A stretch of DNA of 64,000 nucleotides, taken from NCBI GenBank assembly GCA_947501265.1, contig CANMVY010000006.1, positions 5 through 64,004 of the forward strand, in the 5' to 3' direction. The position numbers and the translations under genes are program-made. The stretch comes from Bacteroidota bacterium (GTDB lineage: Bacteria > Bacteroidota > Bacteroidia > UBA7662 > CANHCV01). Under the pieces are notes generated by a model. The model made no database searches, had not been told where the DNA came from, and worked only from the letters and a program-made list of their open reading frames with translations. Positions 29,021-39,543 of the stretch are shown here, in pieces; position 1 is the stretch's first letter; each line of letters starts with the position of its first letter.

Positions 29021-29158
29021 ATGGCCGTTACTAAAGTTCAGCGCAAAAAGAAGAAATTGAGAATGCGTAATGATTTACGTACTCAATTGTTGAAAGAATC
29101 TCGTAAAGGTTCTTACAAGAATCCAAATCCAGTTGTTGAAGCTGCATCAGCAGAATAA
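29021..29158 (+). CDS. Unannotated 45-aa highly basic small protein: MAVTKVQRKKKKLRMRNDLRTQLLKESRKGSYKNPNPVVEAASAE.
   Basis: Intact ATG...TAA ORF in the only sizeable intergenic gap (271 bp). Promoter-like motif upstream. Strong terminator 15 nt downstream. It falls below the 60-aa cutoff of the ORF track. Confidence 0.45.
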   Translation: MAVTKVQRKKKKLRMRNDLRTQLLKESRKGSYKNPNPVVEAASAE

Positions 29159-29173
29159 TTCTTCATAGAATAG

Positions 29174-29203
29174 AAAAGGCCGTCAATCGACGGCCTTTTT
29201 TTG
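29174..29203. terminator. Bidirectional rho-independent terminator.
   Basis: AAAAGGCCGTC-AATC-GACGGCCTTTTTTT. It lies after the small ORF on the plus strand and directly after the HxlR stop (29205) on the minus strand. Confidence 0.8.
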
Positions 29204-29204
29204 T

Positions 29205-29819
29205 TTAAAACAATCCTAATTGCTGGGTCCCAGGATCACTTCCAGAGCTTTTTTTGCTCGTTTTCTTTTTTGCTACATTCTTCTGTGGCATCGGTGCGAA
29301 AAACCATGGGTCATTTTCTACCGATTCTTCTGTTACCTTTTCAGCAGTTGATTCTATGGCTTCCACTTCAGGTTCTTTGATCTCCTCGGTTATTTTATCC
29401 AAATTAAGATTCGTTCCTTCTATTTCGGAAACGACCGATTCAATTGCAGATTCAGTTACAGGAATTTCGATTTCATTTTTGGATTCTTTTTTCTCCCATT
29501 TGGAAGGAGAAACTTCCATTCCCTGATTCAATGCCCCCCATTCGAAAAAGGCGGCTGAAATCGGAAGCATGGACTCTCCAAGAGCCGTAAGCGTATATTC
29601 TACCCTTGGCGGAATTTGAGGAAAGCTCTTTCGAACCAATAATCCATCGGCTTGCATTTCCACCAACGAAGAGGTCAACATTTTTTGAGTAATCCCACTT
29701 ATGTCCGTTTTCAAATCCGAAAATCTTTTCGGACCGTGTTTTAATTCCCAAACAATCATGGACTTCCATCTTCCACCGATGCGATCAAGGGCATACTTGA
29801 TGACTTCTGCGTCTTTCAT
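29205..29819 (-). CDS. HxlR-family winged-helix transcriptional regulator with an acidic C-terminal extension.
   Basis: MKDAEVIKYALDRIGGRWK...RFSDL...PPRVEYTLTALG is the HxlR/MarR-like DUF24 signature. Start set at the internal ATG at 29819. Confidence 0.7.
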   Translation of the reverse strand: MKDAEVIKYALDRIGGRWKSMIVWELKHGPKRFSDLKTDISGITQKMLTSSLVEMQADGLLVRKSFPQIPPRVEYTLTALGESMLPISAAFFEWGALNQGMEVSPSKWEKKESKNEIEIPVTESAIESVVSEIEGTNLNLDKITEEIKEPEVEAIESTAEKVTEESVENDPWFFAPMPQKNVAKKKTSKKSSGSDPGTQQLGLF

Positions 29820-29912
29820 TGGTTTCTTTTTGTAATTTAATTTCACAAATAAACAAAGTGTGCATGAAATATTGGTTACTTTTTTAAAGAAAAGTATCCA
29901 CAAATTTTCAGG

Positions 29913-30983
29913 TTGTATCTTTGGAAGGTGAATAAAAAGAAGTCATGGATTTTCATTACCGATTGGTATCCTAGAGAAACCGATCCATGGAACGGTATTT
30001 TTATTTTTGAATGGCTTCATTTTTTAAAGGATGATTTTGATTTTACTGCCATCATTTGGAGATCCAAGCAAAAGAAAAATCAGTTGCTAATTCAAACAAA
30101 ACCGTTTGGAAAAGAGCTCATCATCGAAACCAAAGGTGGGCTTTTAACTGCTTGGTGGTGTTGGATCAAGTTTAGGAAAGATATTCGTAAAGAACTCCCC
30201 TTAGATCAACCCATTTTGTTAGGTCCGCTTCCTTGGTCTTGGGTACTCAAAGTGTTTTATTTTGGAGCTCGAAATTATTCACTCTCAGAGCATCAATCCG
30301 TTTATTTTCCATCCTATTTTCTAAATCTTTCTTTTTGGAAAAAATGCCTTTATCGCATTGGAATTAGAAATGCTTCGAAAATAATGGTGGTGTCCAATTC
30401 TTTGAAATCGCATATTTCTTCCATTCACCCCAATGCCAATTGTTCAGTCATTCCCAATCGAGTTTCCGTTCCTTCTTTGGATAATATCCCACAAAAAAGA
30501 AGAAGAGTCGCCATGATTGGCGATTTGCGAAATGAGATTAAGGGAATTTCTCAAGCCTTGGAGTGGATTAATGGCTCACCATTCCTTGATTTTGAACGGG
30601 TTGTTGTTGGAAATGGTCCAGATGAGAAGATGCTGAAAGAACGGTTTTCGGACGTGACGTTTTTACCTGCCCTACCACATCCAGAATTGATGAAATTTAT
30701 TGCCGAAACCTCGGTTGTGGTGATCAACTCTCCTTTTGAAACATTCAGTATTTTGGCCCATGAAGTGCAGCAATTGGGAACATATCTGCTTTGTCGAAGA
30801 AATGGTGGCCCACAAGATTATTCGTCACAACATGTTTTTTGGTTTGAAACCCAATCTGATTTTGCACAACAATTAAATCTAATACAAGAGAAAATTAACC
30901 AAAATCAACATCCCAAACCCTTTTTTCATGAGGCCTTGTCCGATGAAAATTGTTTAAAACTTTGGAGGCAGGCATTGCAATGA
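29913..30983 (+). CDS. Glycosyltransferase, GT4-like.
   Basis: C-terminal FETFSILAHEVQQLG is an E-x7-E motif. GT-B fold pattern. Confidence 0.55.
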   Translation: MYLWKVNKKKSWIFITDWYPRETDPWNGIFIFEWLHFLKDDFDFTAIIWRSKQKKNQLLIQTKPFGKELIIETKGGLLTAWWCWIKFRKDIRKELPLDQPILLGPLPWSWVLKVFYFGARNYSLSEHQSVYFPSYFLNLSFWKKCLYRIGIRNASKIMVVSNSLKSHISSIHPNANCSVIPNRVSVPSLDNIPQKRRRVAMIGDLRNEIKGISQALEWINGSPFLDFERVVVGNGPDEKMLKERFSDVTFLPALPHPELMKFIAETSVVVINSPFETFSILAHEVQQLGTYLLCRRNGGPQDYSSQHVFWFETQSDFAQQLNLIQEKINQNQHPKPFFHEALSDENCLKLWRQALQ

Positions 30984-32200
30984 AATCGATTTTTCAAGTC
31001 ATAGGAACGCTGTCAAGCCGCATTTTTGGCAATTTGATTACTCTTTTCATGTTGGGATTTTGGTCCAAAGAATACGGAATTGATTTTGTTGGATTCATTT
31101 CTTTATTCACCCTCCAAGTTTCCATCTCCTTCATTTTTTCAGGAATATTTGCTGGATCATCAGCCATCTTTTTTTCCAATCAGTGGAGCAGAAAATCGCT
31201 ATTGTTGCCAGCTTGTTTTGGTACCATTTTTTTATCCATTATTTCATCTTTGGGATTGATGGCTTTGGGATTAGTGCCTGAAGAGGCGATTTCATTTTTC
31301 CTTTTTGCTGCTGTTTTTCACGCTTTGGGATCGTTGTTTCAATCGATTCATTTAGGAAGTGGTAATGTTGGGGTGTTTAACCACATTCAACTGATTCAAA
31401 ATTTGGGTCTTCCCCTATTCTTTTTCATTTTGCCCATTTCAAATCCTTACGAATTGTATGGATTTTCTTGGATAATGGCCCAATTTCTGGCATTTACTTA
31501 TTCTGTTTTCCGTTTTCCCAAATCAACGGATTTAGAAAATCATTCGTTTGGGATCGCTTTGAAGAAAATGTTTCAATATGGTTTTTGGGGACAAATTACC
31601 AATTTGGGGCAAATGTTGAATTACCGATTTTCCTTTTATTTGCTCGACTTTTATTACGGAAGGGAGGCTGTTGGAATTTTCTCTGCAGCCATTCAATTGG
31701 CTGAATCTACTTGGTTGCCGGCAAAAAGCATAGGAACAGTTCACTTAAGTCGATTGCTCAATTTACCAGAAACAGAAGACTCTACAATTTTTTCGATGAA
31801 GGGTGCTTTTTGGGCCTCTCTTGCTGGCGTGATAACGTTAATGGCTATTCCTAACGAGTGGTTCATTTCCTTATTCGGAACAAAATTTGCCAAAGCTTTT
31901 CCGTATTTTCTAGGTCTTTCGCCCGGTATTGTACTTTTTTCATTTGCCATTATTATGGCTCAATTTTTTGCGGCCAAAAACAAAATTCAATTGAATTCCA
32001 TCGCAACCATTTTTGGCCTTTTAGCGACCCTGAGCTTCGGATTCGCTTTCGTTCCTCGTTTCGAGGTTTTGGGCGCCGTTTTGGCCACCTCTGTTTCACA
32101 CGTCATCAATTCTTTTGTCCTGCTCTATTTCTACCAAAAACAGAATCCCATTTCATGGTCCTTTCTTCTTAATCCCTTCCAATGGAAAATTTCCACATAA
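30980..32200 (+). CDS. Polysaccharide flippase, Wzx/MOP superfamily.
   Basis: About 12 TM helices. ATGA overlap with the GT stop. Confidence 0.6.
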   Translation: MKSIFQVIGTLSSRIFGNLITLFMLGFWSKEYGIDFVGFISLFTLQVSISFIFSGIFAGSSAIFFSNQWSRKSLLLPACFGTIFLSIISSLGLMALGLVPEEAISFFLFAAVFHALGSLFQSIHLGSGNVGVFNHIQLIQNLGLPLFFFILPISNPYELYGFSWIMAQFLAFTYSVFRFPKSTDLENHSFGIALKKMFQYGFWGQITNLGQMLNYRFSFYLLDFYYGREAVGIFSAAIQLAESTWLPAKSIGTVHLSRLLNLPETEDSTIFSMKGAFWASLAGVITLMAIPNEWFISLFGTKFAKAFPYFLGLSPGIVLFSFAIIMAQFFAAKNKIQLNSIATIFGLLATLSFGFAFVPRFEVLGAVLATSVSHVINSFVLLYFYQKQNPISWSFLLNPFQWKIST

Positions 32201-32823
32201 TCTTCTCCGATAAGCATTTGGCCATTTTAACGAAAAAAGCTGGAGTCGCCATACAAAGTCAAGAACAATCGATTCATGCCGATTTACATCAACTTTTTCC
32301 TAATCAATCCATTTTCCTAGTCAATCGAATCGATCAACCCGTTTCTGGATTATTTGTCATTGCTTTTTCTGAAGTAGTAGAACGAAAATTGCGAACCCAA
32401 TGGGAGGGCCAACAGGTAATCAAAAACTATTTGGCCATTTGCGAAAAAGAAATCGAAGGCCAAGGTGAACTTCATCACCAGTTAATCAAGGCAGGAAACA
32501 AGGCGAAAGTGGTTCTTGATTCTTCCGGCAAACCCTCTGCCCTTGCCTATCAGTTATTTGGGAAATCGGAAAAGTATTTCGGATACCTCATTCAACTAAA
32601 AACAGGTAGATTTCATCAAATTAGAGCTCAATTGGCCCACGCTGGAGCCTCCATTAAAGGCGATTTGAAGTATGGGGCCAAACGAAGCAACCCTGGGGGT
32701 GGGATCGGCCTTCATTCCTTCCAAATTGAATTCAAACATCCCATAACTTCCGAGAAATTGAAATTTGAAGCAAACCCACCCAAAGACAATTTGTGGGATT
32801 TTTTTAAAGCTTTACTTCCCTAA
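32182..32823 (+). CDS. RluA-family pseudouridine synthase.
   Basis: TGRFHQIRAQLAHAG catalytic motif. Confidence 0.8.
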   Translation: MENFHIIFSDKHLAILTKKAGVAIQSQEQSIHADLHQLFPNQSIFLVNRIDQPVSGLFVIAFSEVVERKLRTQWEGQQVIKNYLAICEKEIEGQGELHHQLIKAGNKAKVVLDSSGKPSALAYQLFGKSEKYFGYLIQLKTGRFHQIRAQLAHAGASIKGDLKYGAKRSNPGGGIGLHSFQIEFKHPITSEKLKFEANPPKDNLWDFFKALLP

Positions 32824-35281
32824 AAATATTCTTAGCCGATTGGTAATCGATAAAGTATTGAAATTTGATCGATAAGCTGTGCGCATGAGGAATACCCATC
32901 ACGTTGGCAACATTTTCCCAATAGGTTTTCTCTTTTTGAGTGTCAATATTGAAGAGCGAGTTTTTGTACACCACCAATAAATCACTTCCTGGAGCAAATC
33001 TCCATCGCAATTCCCAGTCAATGGTAAAGGCAGTAAAGGAAATGTCGTTGATTGAAGGAGCACCCGCCAATGGAAATCCTGCGTAGTTGGTCGGCCCCCA
33101 CTGACCATTTTCATCGATGTTAAAAAAGGAATGATAAGTCGCTGTACTCCAATAATTACGCATCCTGAAATTTGTGAATAATACAGCATTAAAAGAGTGA
33201 GATACGGTTAATCCGGTTTCAAACGTTTCCATTCCTCTTCGTCCCAAAGTAATGTCGTTTCCATTTCGGGAAACAAATCCGATGTTGTTGCTTAGCATGC
33301 TGTAGGTTAGTCCAGGAATAATGAATGTTTTATCTCCTATTCGGAATCTTAACTCCGTCCATCCGGTAAAATCAGATCGATCTTTCTGATCGTATCGGGT
33401 GTATTCCCAACCGGCATCAATCGCTACTTTTTTGTTATAATTGGAAGAAATCCAGCCACTGCTGTAGTAATTTCTCGGAGTATAAACAAATCGACCGGGC
33501 GTTCTAGGCTCAAAATAATCGGCACCTTCAAACGGAGCAACCGAAAAACTTAATCCCATGGCCATAAACTTTTTGGTAAAACCTGTAAAGTTGTAATTGA
33601 TGGACGCATTTGAAAAGGCAGAAGGAACGACAACTCGATTGTAATTCATTGAAAGACTGTGATTAAATCGGTTCAATTTAAACCAAGGAAACAATGTCAC
33701 CGGTTTAAAATAAAAGTGAGAAATGGACGCCGATTGATTGAACACATTATTATTGGTCTGAAATCCAAGGTCGTTTTGGTTGTAGGTATTATCCATGAAG
33801 AAACCGTTGTAGCTCCACTGGATTTTTCCAGCATTTTTTCCAACCGACCAATTGGCTTTGATTCCTTGATTAGTTCGTGTAGAATACCATTGCCAACTGC
33901 TGCCTAATCTCCCCGAAAAATAATGGTTGAGTTTCTTGTTATTGAATCGGAATTGGGTGGCTAAAACTTGAGCATCCATGGCATTACCTTCTCTCAAAAC
34001 ATTTGAACTAACCAAGCTAAAGAAGGAATTATTAGCCAAATTTTGATCAAATACTATGATATTTGAATTGGTGAGTGGATTCACCAAAGCCGTTCTCGTT
34101 TGCTGGGTGAGGGTGTCGAGGTAAGTGCTGTAACCTGCGGCAGTAATAGCGTTCAAAACCCCAATTCCCAAGCCTTGACTAGTCCTTCCCGATACTTTAG
34201 TGGCATTCAAAAGCTGAGCAGGGCCCGCCGAGGATAGAGCAATTTCATTGGGTCGAAGCGGTGCACCAACTCGGTAATAAGGTCGATCTCCAATCCTACG
34301 CGAGTAAAACAAATCGCCCTTCGAAAACAACTCAATTCCCTCAGTAAAAAACTGTCGAAATTCGTTGAATTTAACCTCAAAAGGAGTCAAATTCAAAACC
34401 TGATTGTCAAAACGAACTTGCCTAAAATCGGGAATGGTGGTTGCATCAAGCGTAAATGCTTCATTCAATCCCCATTTGAGGTCTGCCCCAAATTGGGTAT
34501 TGTTGGATGATAGTCCTTGTTCCCTCTGCGTAACATTCGAGAGGTATGGATACAACATCAACCGCAAAGGAGGATGTAAATTCTTTAATCCCGTTAGCTT
34601 TCCAGAACGGGCTAGAATTCCCGACGGACTTCCGAAACGAATCATGGAGGGATCCAAAGGATTCCACCAAACCTCTTCACGATTTCTACGAATTTCTCGG
34701 GCAAAATTGATGTTCCAAATGTCTTCTTCAGCTTCCGCAAATCGAATGGCGGAATAAGGAATCCGAATCTCCAATGCCCACCCTTGTTCATTCCGAGAGG
34801 TTTTACTTTCCCAAACCGCATCCCACGACTCATCGAAACCGTTGGCCGACATTCGGCTATCGATTTGAACATTATTCACCGTTAATCCGAAATAAAAGGC
34901 ATTGTTTCCATCTTTGTAAGTATCCAGAATAAGTGCAAACCAATCACTGTTTCCAGTATTGTCTCGCTGACTCATTTGGGTCATAATCGAATCGGGAGAG
35001 GAATCAAAAAGTTGAGCTCCAAAAATGAGGGCGTCGTCGTCAAACAACACCTTAACCTCTGTTTTTTGGGAAGAAGGGAAAAAAGGAACTGGATTAATGG
35101 TGGTAAAATCAGTGGCTGATGCTGCCATTTTCCAATCGGATTCAGAAAGCTTACCGTCGATGCTTATTTTTTCCAATCGTTTTCGAGCGTCCAAAGTCTT
35201 TATTGAAGCTTGTAAAACAGACTCTTGTGAAAAAACATTTACAAAAAGAATCAAAAGGGAAAAACTAAACCAAAAACGCAT
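32804..35281 (-). CDS. DUF5916-family protein (CBM9-like N-domain plus large beta-barrel).
   Basis: Signal peptide MRFWFSFSLLILFVNVFSQE. Domain WESKTSRNEQGWALEIRIPYS. Long beta-rich C-terminal region. Confidence 0.5.
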   Translation of the reverse strand: MRFWFSFSLLILFVNVFSQESVLQASIKTLDARKRLEKISIDGKLSESDWKMAASATDFTTINPVPFFPSSQKTEVKVLFDDDALIFGAQLFDSSPDSIMTQMSQRDNTGNSDWFALILDTYKDGNNAFYFGLTVNNVQIDSRMSANGFDESWDAVWESKTSRNEQGWALEIRIPYSAIRFAEAEEDIWNINFAREIRRNREEVWWNPLDPSMIRFGSPSGILARSGKLTGLKNLHPPLRLMLYPYLSNVTQREQGLSSNNTQFGADLKWGLNEAFTLDATTIPDFRQVRFDNQVLNLTPFEVKFNEFRQFFTEGIELFSKGDLFYSRRIGDRPYYRVGAPLRPNEIALSSAGPAQLLNATKVSGRTSQGLGIGVLNAITAAGYSTYLDTLTQQTRTALVNPLTNSNIIVFDQNLANNSFFSLVSSNVLREGNAMDAQVLATQFRFNNKKLNHYFSGRLGSSWQWYSTRTNQGIKANWSVGKNAGKIQWSYNGFFMDNTYNQNDLGFQTNNNVFNQSASISHFYFKPVTLFPWFKLNRFNHSLSMNYNRVVVPSAFSNASINYNFTGFTKKFMAMGLSFSVAPFEGADYFEPRTPGRFVYTPRNYYSSGWISSNYNKKVAIDAGWEYTRYDQKDRSDFTGWTELRFRIGDKTFIIPGLTYSMLSNNIGFVSRNGNDITLGRRGMETFETGLTVSHSFNAVLFTNFRMRNYWSTATYHSFFNIDENGQWGPTNYAGFPLAGAPSINDISFTAFTIDWELRWRFAPGSDLLVVYKNSLFNIDTQKEKTYWENVANVMGIPHAHSLSIKFQYFIDYQSAKNIFREVKL

Positions 35282-36764
35282 GAATTTGGGGTTGAATGGG
35301 TGAACAAGTATCAATGAGTTGCTCGATTTGTTGTTGGTTTTGGATGAACTGAAATCCATTAATTTTTCTTTCTTGGAATATTTGATCAGGGAAAAGAGCA
35401 TTCTTTAACTTCCCAATTCGTTGAACTTCTGTTTCTTGTTTTTGTTTGATGGATTTCTCTACTTTTTTCTCCAACCCCAACCACATGCCTTTCATTTTTT
35501 CAATTTCTGCAGAGAGGGTTGAAATCAACGTGGGTTCAATTTTTTCAATTTTAGATTTCGCATCCAATTCCAATTCCTTCAGCGTCTCCAAGTACTCATG
35601 AACTGAAAAGTGATTAGGCTGTTGCTGAATGAACTTTTTTATCAATTGATTTTCATCCAAAAAGGCATCTTGGATTTTCCAATTCCATTTCTCTAACCAC
35701 TGTTGATGTTTTGAATCTACAAAAAAGACCGATGGTCGAAGCAAAACAACGGGCATTTGGATTTGGAATTCTGCAAATGCTTGTTTTAACTGTGCCCAAT
35801 ACGCTACCTCAGCTGCTCCGCCGATGTATGCCAAATTGGGCAAAATAAATTCTTGATACAACGGACGCATCAGCGCATTGGGAGAAATTTCTACCGGTTG
35901 AAGCGACTTGAATTGAGGATCATTTTTCTCCAATCTTATCCTACTTATCCTACTTAAAGAGAATAGATTAACATCTCTGTGATAAACCTGTGCTTCAATT
36001 CCAAACTGAGCTAATACCTCATTCTGCTCCGTTACTTTTTTCGCTAAAATTTGCTTTTCAAATTCTTTTTCAAAAATGGGATAAGCAAGATTTTTTAACG
36101 CTACAGAATCTCCGTTAAGGATAATCAATCCAAATGGCCCAAAAATTTCATGAACCAACCTCGCGATGCATTTCGACAAAGGAAATCCAACTTTGTAGGC
36201 CTGTTTGATTATTGACTTTGCCCAATCGGAAGATAATAATTCGATGGCTTTCTGCACTTCTTGTTCCCAAGATTCGGACATGTTCATCCTACCAACGGGA
36301 GCAGCCGAGTTTGGAGAATCTATTTGAAACGTTTTTCCAAACAATATGGCAGAAGCTATTTCTTCGAAATCGTGATCTTCACTTGCCATCCAAAAAACTG
36401 GAATGCAATCTGAACCCACCAAGCGCGACAGATGAATGGTTGACGCGATTTTAGTAAAGAAAAAGTGGGGTCCACTTAAAAAATTCAATTGATGTCCGGT
36501 AGTAACCGTAAACGTATCTTCTTGAAGTAATCTTGAAACATTGGCAGGAACGGGAATTTCCCATTGTTCATATTGACCTTTTAAGGCCTCGACCAAGGTT
36601 TTTCGATGATGGGAAGGAAATCTTTTTTTCTCTTTCGCATCATAGATTCCTTGAAGATTGGGCTGATACTCGAAAAAATTACGGTAGTCTACATTTCCAT
36701 TGGCTACTTTTAATGCAAACGAATTTCGATTGACTTCAGCAAATGGAAAAGACCACGTTCTCAT
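35265..36764 (-). CDS. bshC: Bacillithiol biosynthesis cysteine-adding enzyme.
   Basis: TGHQLNFLSGPHFFFTKIAS signature. Length about 500 aa. Confidence 0.65.
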   Translation of the reverse strand: MRTWSFPFAEVNRNSFALKVANGNVDYRNFFEYQPNLQGIYDAKEKKRFPSHHRKTLVEALKGQYEQWEIPVPANVSRLLQEDTFTVTTGHQLNFLSGPHFFFTKIASTIHLSRLVGSDCIPVFWMASEDHDFEEIASAILFGKTFQIDSPNSAAPVGRMNMSESWEQEVQKAIELLSSDWAKSIIKQAYKVGFPLSKCIARLVHEIFGPFGLIILNGDSVALKNLAYPIFEKEFEKQILAKKVTEQNEVLAQFGIEAQVYHRDVNLFSLSRISRIRLEKNDPQFKSLQPVEISPNALMRPLYQEFILPNLAYIGGAAEVAYWAQLKQAFAEFQIQMPVVLLRPSVFFVDSKHQQWLEKWNWKIQDAFLDENQLIKKFIQQQPNHFSVHEYLETLKELELDAKSKIEKIEPTLISTLSAEIEKMKGMWLGLEKKVEKSIKQKQETEVQRIGKLKNALFPDQIFQERKINGFQFIQNQQQIEQLIDTCSPIQPQIHAFLV

Positions 36765-38086
36765 TAGGATGGAATAACTCGACCAAATAAATCAAACTCC
36801 TCTGCAGAATCAATCATTACATGAGCAAAATCGCCAATTCTAACAAAATTTTCTGACAAAGCTGCGTTAACTAAAACTTCGTTGTCCACTTCAGGCGAAT
36901 CAAATTCGGTTCTTCCAATAAAATATTCCCCCTCCTTGCGATCAAAAAGAACTTTGAAGGTTTTGCCAACTTTCTTTTGGTTAAGTTCCAATGAAATTCC
37001 TTGTTGAACAGCCATGATTTCCTCTGCACGAGCTTCCTTCGTTTCTTCAGGCACATCATCAACCAAATTGTAGGCAGCGGTATTTTCTTCGTGAGAATAC
37101 GTAAAAACTCCAAGTCGATCGAACTTATTCTTTTCAATAAATTCCAAATGTTCTTCGTGATCGGCCTGAGTTTCACCCGGGAATCCAACAATCATGGTGG
37201 TTCGAAGGGCTATTTCAGGAACTTCCTGACGAATTTGATCGATGAGTTCTTGGGTTCTGGAAGCGGTTATTCCCCGGCGCATGGATTTTAACATGTTCTC
37301 TGCTCCGTGTTGCAAAGGCATGTCCAGGTAGTTGCAAATGTTGGGATACTTTTTCATTAAGGGCAAAATATCCATGGGAAATTGACTCGGATACGCGTAT
37401 TGCAAACGAATCCAATCGGCTCCAGGCACATCCGCTAAACGCTCGAGAAGTTCAGATAAATTCCGTTTGCCATACAAATCTAAACCGTAATAGGTTAAGT
37501 CTTGGGCGATGAGAATCAATTCTTTAACCCCTTTGGAGGTTAAGTGGGTTGCTTCTTTTACTAAATCTTCCAATGAACGCGAAACGTGTTTACCCCGCAT
37601 CAGCGGAATGGCACAAAACGCGCAAGGTCGATCACAGCCTTCTGCGATTTTCATGAATGCTGTGTGATTCGGAGTGGTAATGATACGCTCTCCCAACAAC
37701 TCATGCTTGTAATCGGCTTTCAAGGTTTTTAGTAAACGGGGCAATTCCATGGTACCAAACCAAGCATCTACTTCCGGAATTTCAACTTCGAGCTCGTCCT
37801 TATAACGGTGAGATAAACAACCGGTTACGTAAACTTTCTCAACAATTCCATCCTGCTTTGCATCTACGTAACGGAGAATGGTATCGATGGACTCTTGTTT
37901 TGCGTTATCAATAAATCCACAGGTATTGATGATTACAATATCGTTGGCATCATCGGTACGTTCGTGTCCAACATCGAAGTTATTGGCTTTGAGTTGGGTG
38001 AGAATATTTTCACTGTCAACCAAGTTTTTTGAACACCCCAAGGTGATCAGATTTACTCGATTTTTGGTTCTTGTTTTCGTTTTCAT
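36764..38086 (-). CDS. rimO: Ribosomal protein S12 methylthiotransferase.
   Basis: N-terminal MTTase domain (LGCSKN). CDRPCAFCAIP radical-SAM motif. C-terminal TRAM domain. Confidence 0.85.
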   Translation of the reverse strand: MKTKTRTKNRVNLITLGCSKNLVDSENILTQLKANNFDVGHERTDDANDIVIINTCGFIDNAKQESIDTILRYVDAKQDGIVEKVYVTGCLSHRYKDELEVEIPEVDAWFGTMELPRLLKTLKADYKHELLGERIITTPNHTAFMKIAEGCDRPCAFCAIPLMRGKHVSRSLEDLVKEATHLTSKGVKELILIAQDLTYYGLDLYGKRNLSELLERLADVPGADWIRLQYAYPSQFPMDILPLMKKYPNICNYLDMPLQHGAENMLKSMRRGITASRTQELIDQIRQEVPEIALRTTMIVGFPGETQADHEEHLEFIEKNKFDRLGVFTYSHEENTAAYNLVDDVPEETKEARAEEIMAVQQGISLELNQKKVGKTFKVLFDRKEGEYFIGRTEFDSPEVDNEVLVNAALSENFVRIGDFAHVMIDSAEEFDLFGRVIPS

Positions 38087-38092
38087 TTTTGC

Positions 38093-39481
38093 TTATAGAT
38101 GAATAACTTCACCATAAGCGGCTGCAGTTGCTTCCATCACGGCTTCCGACATGGTTGGGTGTGGATGAACAGCTTTCAAAATTTCATGTCCGGTCGTTTC
38201 TAATTTCCGAGCTACAACAACTTCGGCGATAATTTCGGTTACGTTTGCTCCAATCATGTGGGCTCCAAGGAACTCGCCGTATTTCGCATCGAAAATTACT
38301 TTTACGAATCCTTCTTTTGCACCGGCTGCAGAGGCTTTTCCGGAAGCTGAGAACGGGAATTTTCCGACTTTGATTTCCATTCCGGCTTCTTTTGCTGCGC
38401 GTTCGGTCATCCCAACGCTAGCAATTTCCGGAGCGCAATAGGTACATCCTGGAATATTTCCATAATCCAATGCCTCAACATGCATACCAGCAATTTTTTC
38501 AACGCAAATGATTCCTTCCGCAGAAGCTACGTGCGCCAATGAAGGACCTTTAACGATGTCACCGATGGCGTAATATCCAGGAATATTGGTGCGATAAAAA
38601 TCATCAACCATTACTTTTCCTTTATCGGTGGCAATGCCAACATCTTCTAAACCAATGTTTTCGAGATTGGTGATTACTCCAGCTGCAGAAAGCACCACAT
38701 CGCACTCGATGATTTGTTCACCGGATGCTGTTTTTACGGTAACTTTTGCACCGGAACCCGATTTTTCAACTTTTTCCACGGAGGAGTTGGTTAAAATATC
38801 GATTCCTTTTTTCTTGTAGATTTTTTCTAGTTCTTTGGAAACATCGGTATCTTCAACTGGAACAATGTTGGGCATAAATTCAACGATGGTCACTTTCGTT
38901 CCCATGGTGCTGTAGAAGTATGCAAATTCCACACCGATCGCACCAGAACCGATTACGACCAATGATTTGGGTTGTTTTTCCAACGACATTGCTTTGCGGT
39001 ATTCGATAACCATTTCACCGTCGATGGGAACATTTGGTAATTGACGAGCACGAGCACCGGTTGCTAAAATGATGTGGTTAGCCGAAACTTCTGAAATTTT
39101 TCCATCGGCATCCGTTACCTCTACCTTTTTTCCTGCTTTTACTTTTCCGTAACCCATGATGACATCGATTTTATTCTTCTTCATCAAAAATTGAATGCCT
39201 TTGCTCATTCCATCGGCAACGCCTCGAGAGCGCTTCACTACGGCATCGAAATCTGCTTTTGCGTCTGAAACGGTAATTCCATAATCGGATGCGTGCTGAA
39301 TGTATTCAAAAACCTGCGCACTTTTCAACAAGGCTTTGGTTGGAATACATCCCCAATTTAAGCAAATACCACCCAACGATTCCTTTTCAATGATGGCGGT
39401 TTTCATTCCTAATTGAGAAGCGCGAATTGCGGTTACATAACCACCAGGACCACTTCCGATAACAACGACGTCGTAATTCAT
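38093..39481 (-). CDS. lpdA: Dihydrolipoyl dehydrogenase.
   Basis: MNYDVVVIGSGPGGY FAD motif. Redox-active GGICLNWGCIPTK. Confidence 0.9.
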   Translation of the reverse strand: MNYDVVVIGSGPGGYVTAIRASQLGMKTAIIEKESLGGICLNWGCIPTKALLKSAQVFEYIQHASDYGITVSDAKADFDAVVKRSRGVADGMSKGIQFLMKKNKIDVIMGYGKVKAGKKVEVTDADGKISEVSANHIILATGARARQLPNVPIDGEMVIEYRKAMSLEKQPKSLVVIGSGAIGVEFAYFYSTMGTKVTIVEFMPNIVPVEDTDVSKELEKIYKKKGIDILTNSSVEKVEKSGSGAKVTVKTASGEQIIECDVVLSAAGVITNLENIGLEDVGIATDKGKVMVDDFYRTNIPGYYAIGDIVKGPSLAHVASAEGIICVEKIAGMHVEALDYGNIPGCTYCAPEIASVGMTERAAKEAGMEIKVGKFPFSASGKASAAGAKEGFVKVIFDAKYGEFLGAHMIGANVTEIIAEVVVARKLETTGHEILKAVHPHPTMSEAVMEATAAAYGEVIHL

Positions 39482-39543
39482 GAAATTCAAATTTATTGGC
39501 AAAGATAACAATTTCCTTTCGCTTCCTTTTTACTTTTACCCCC

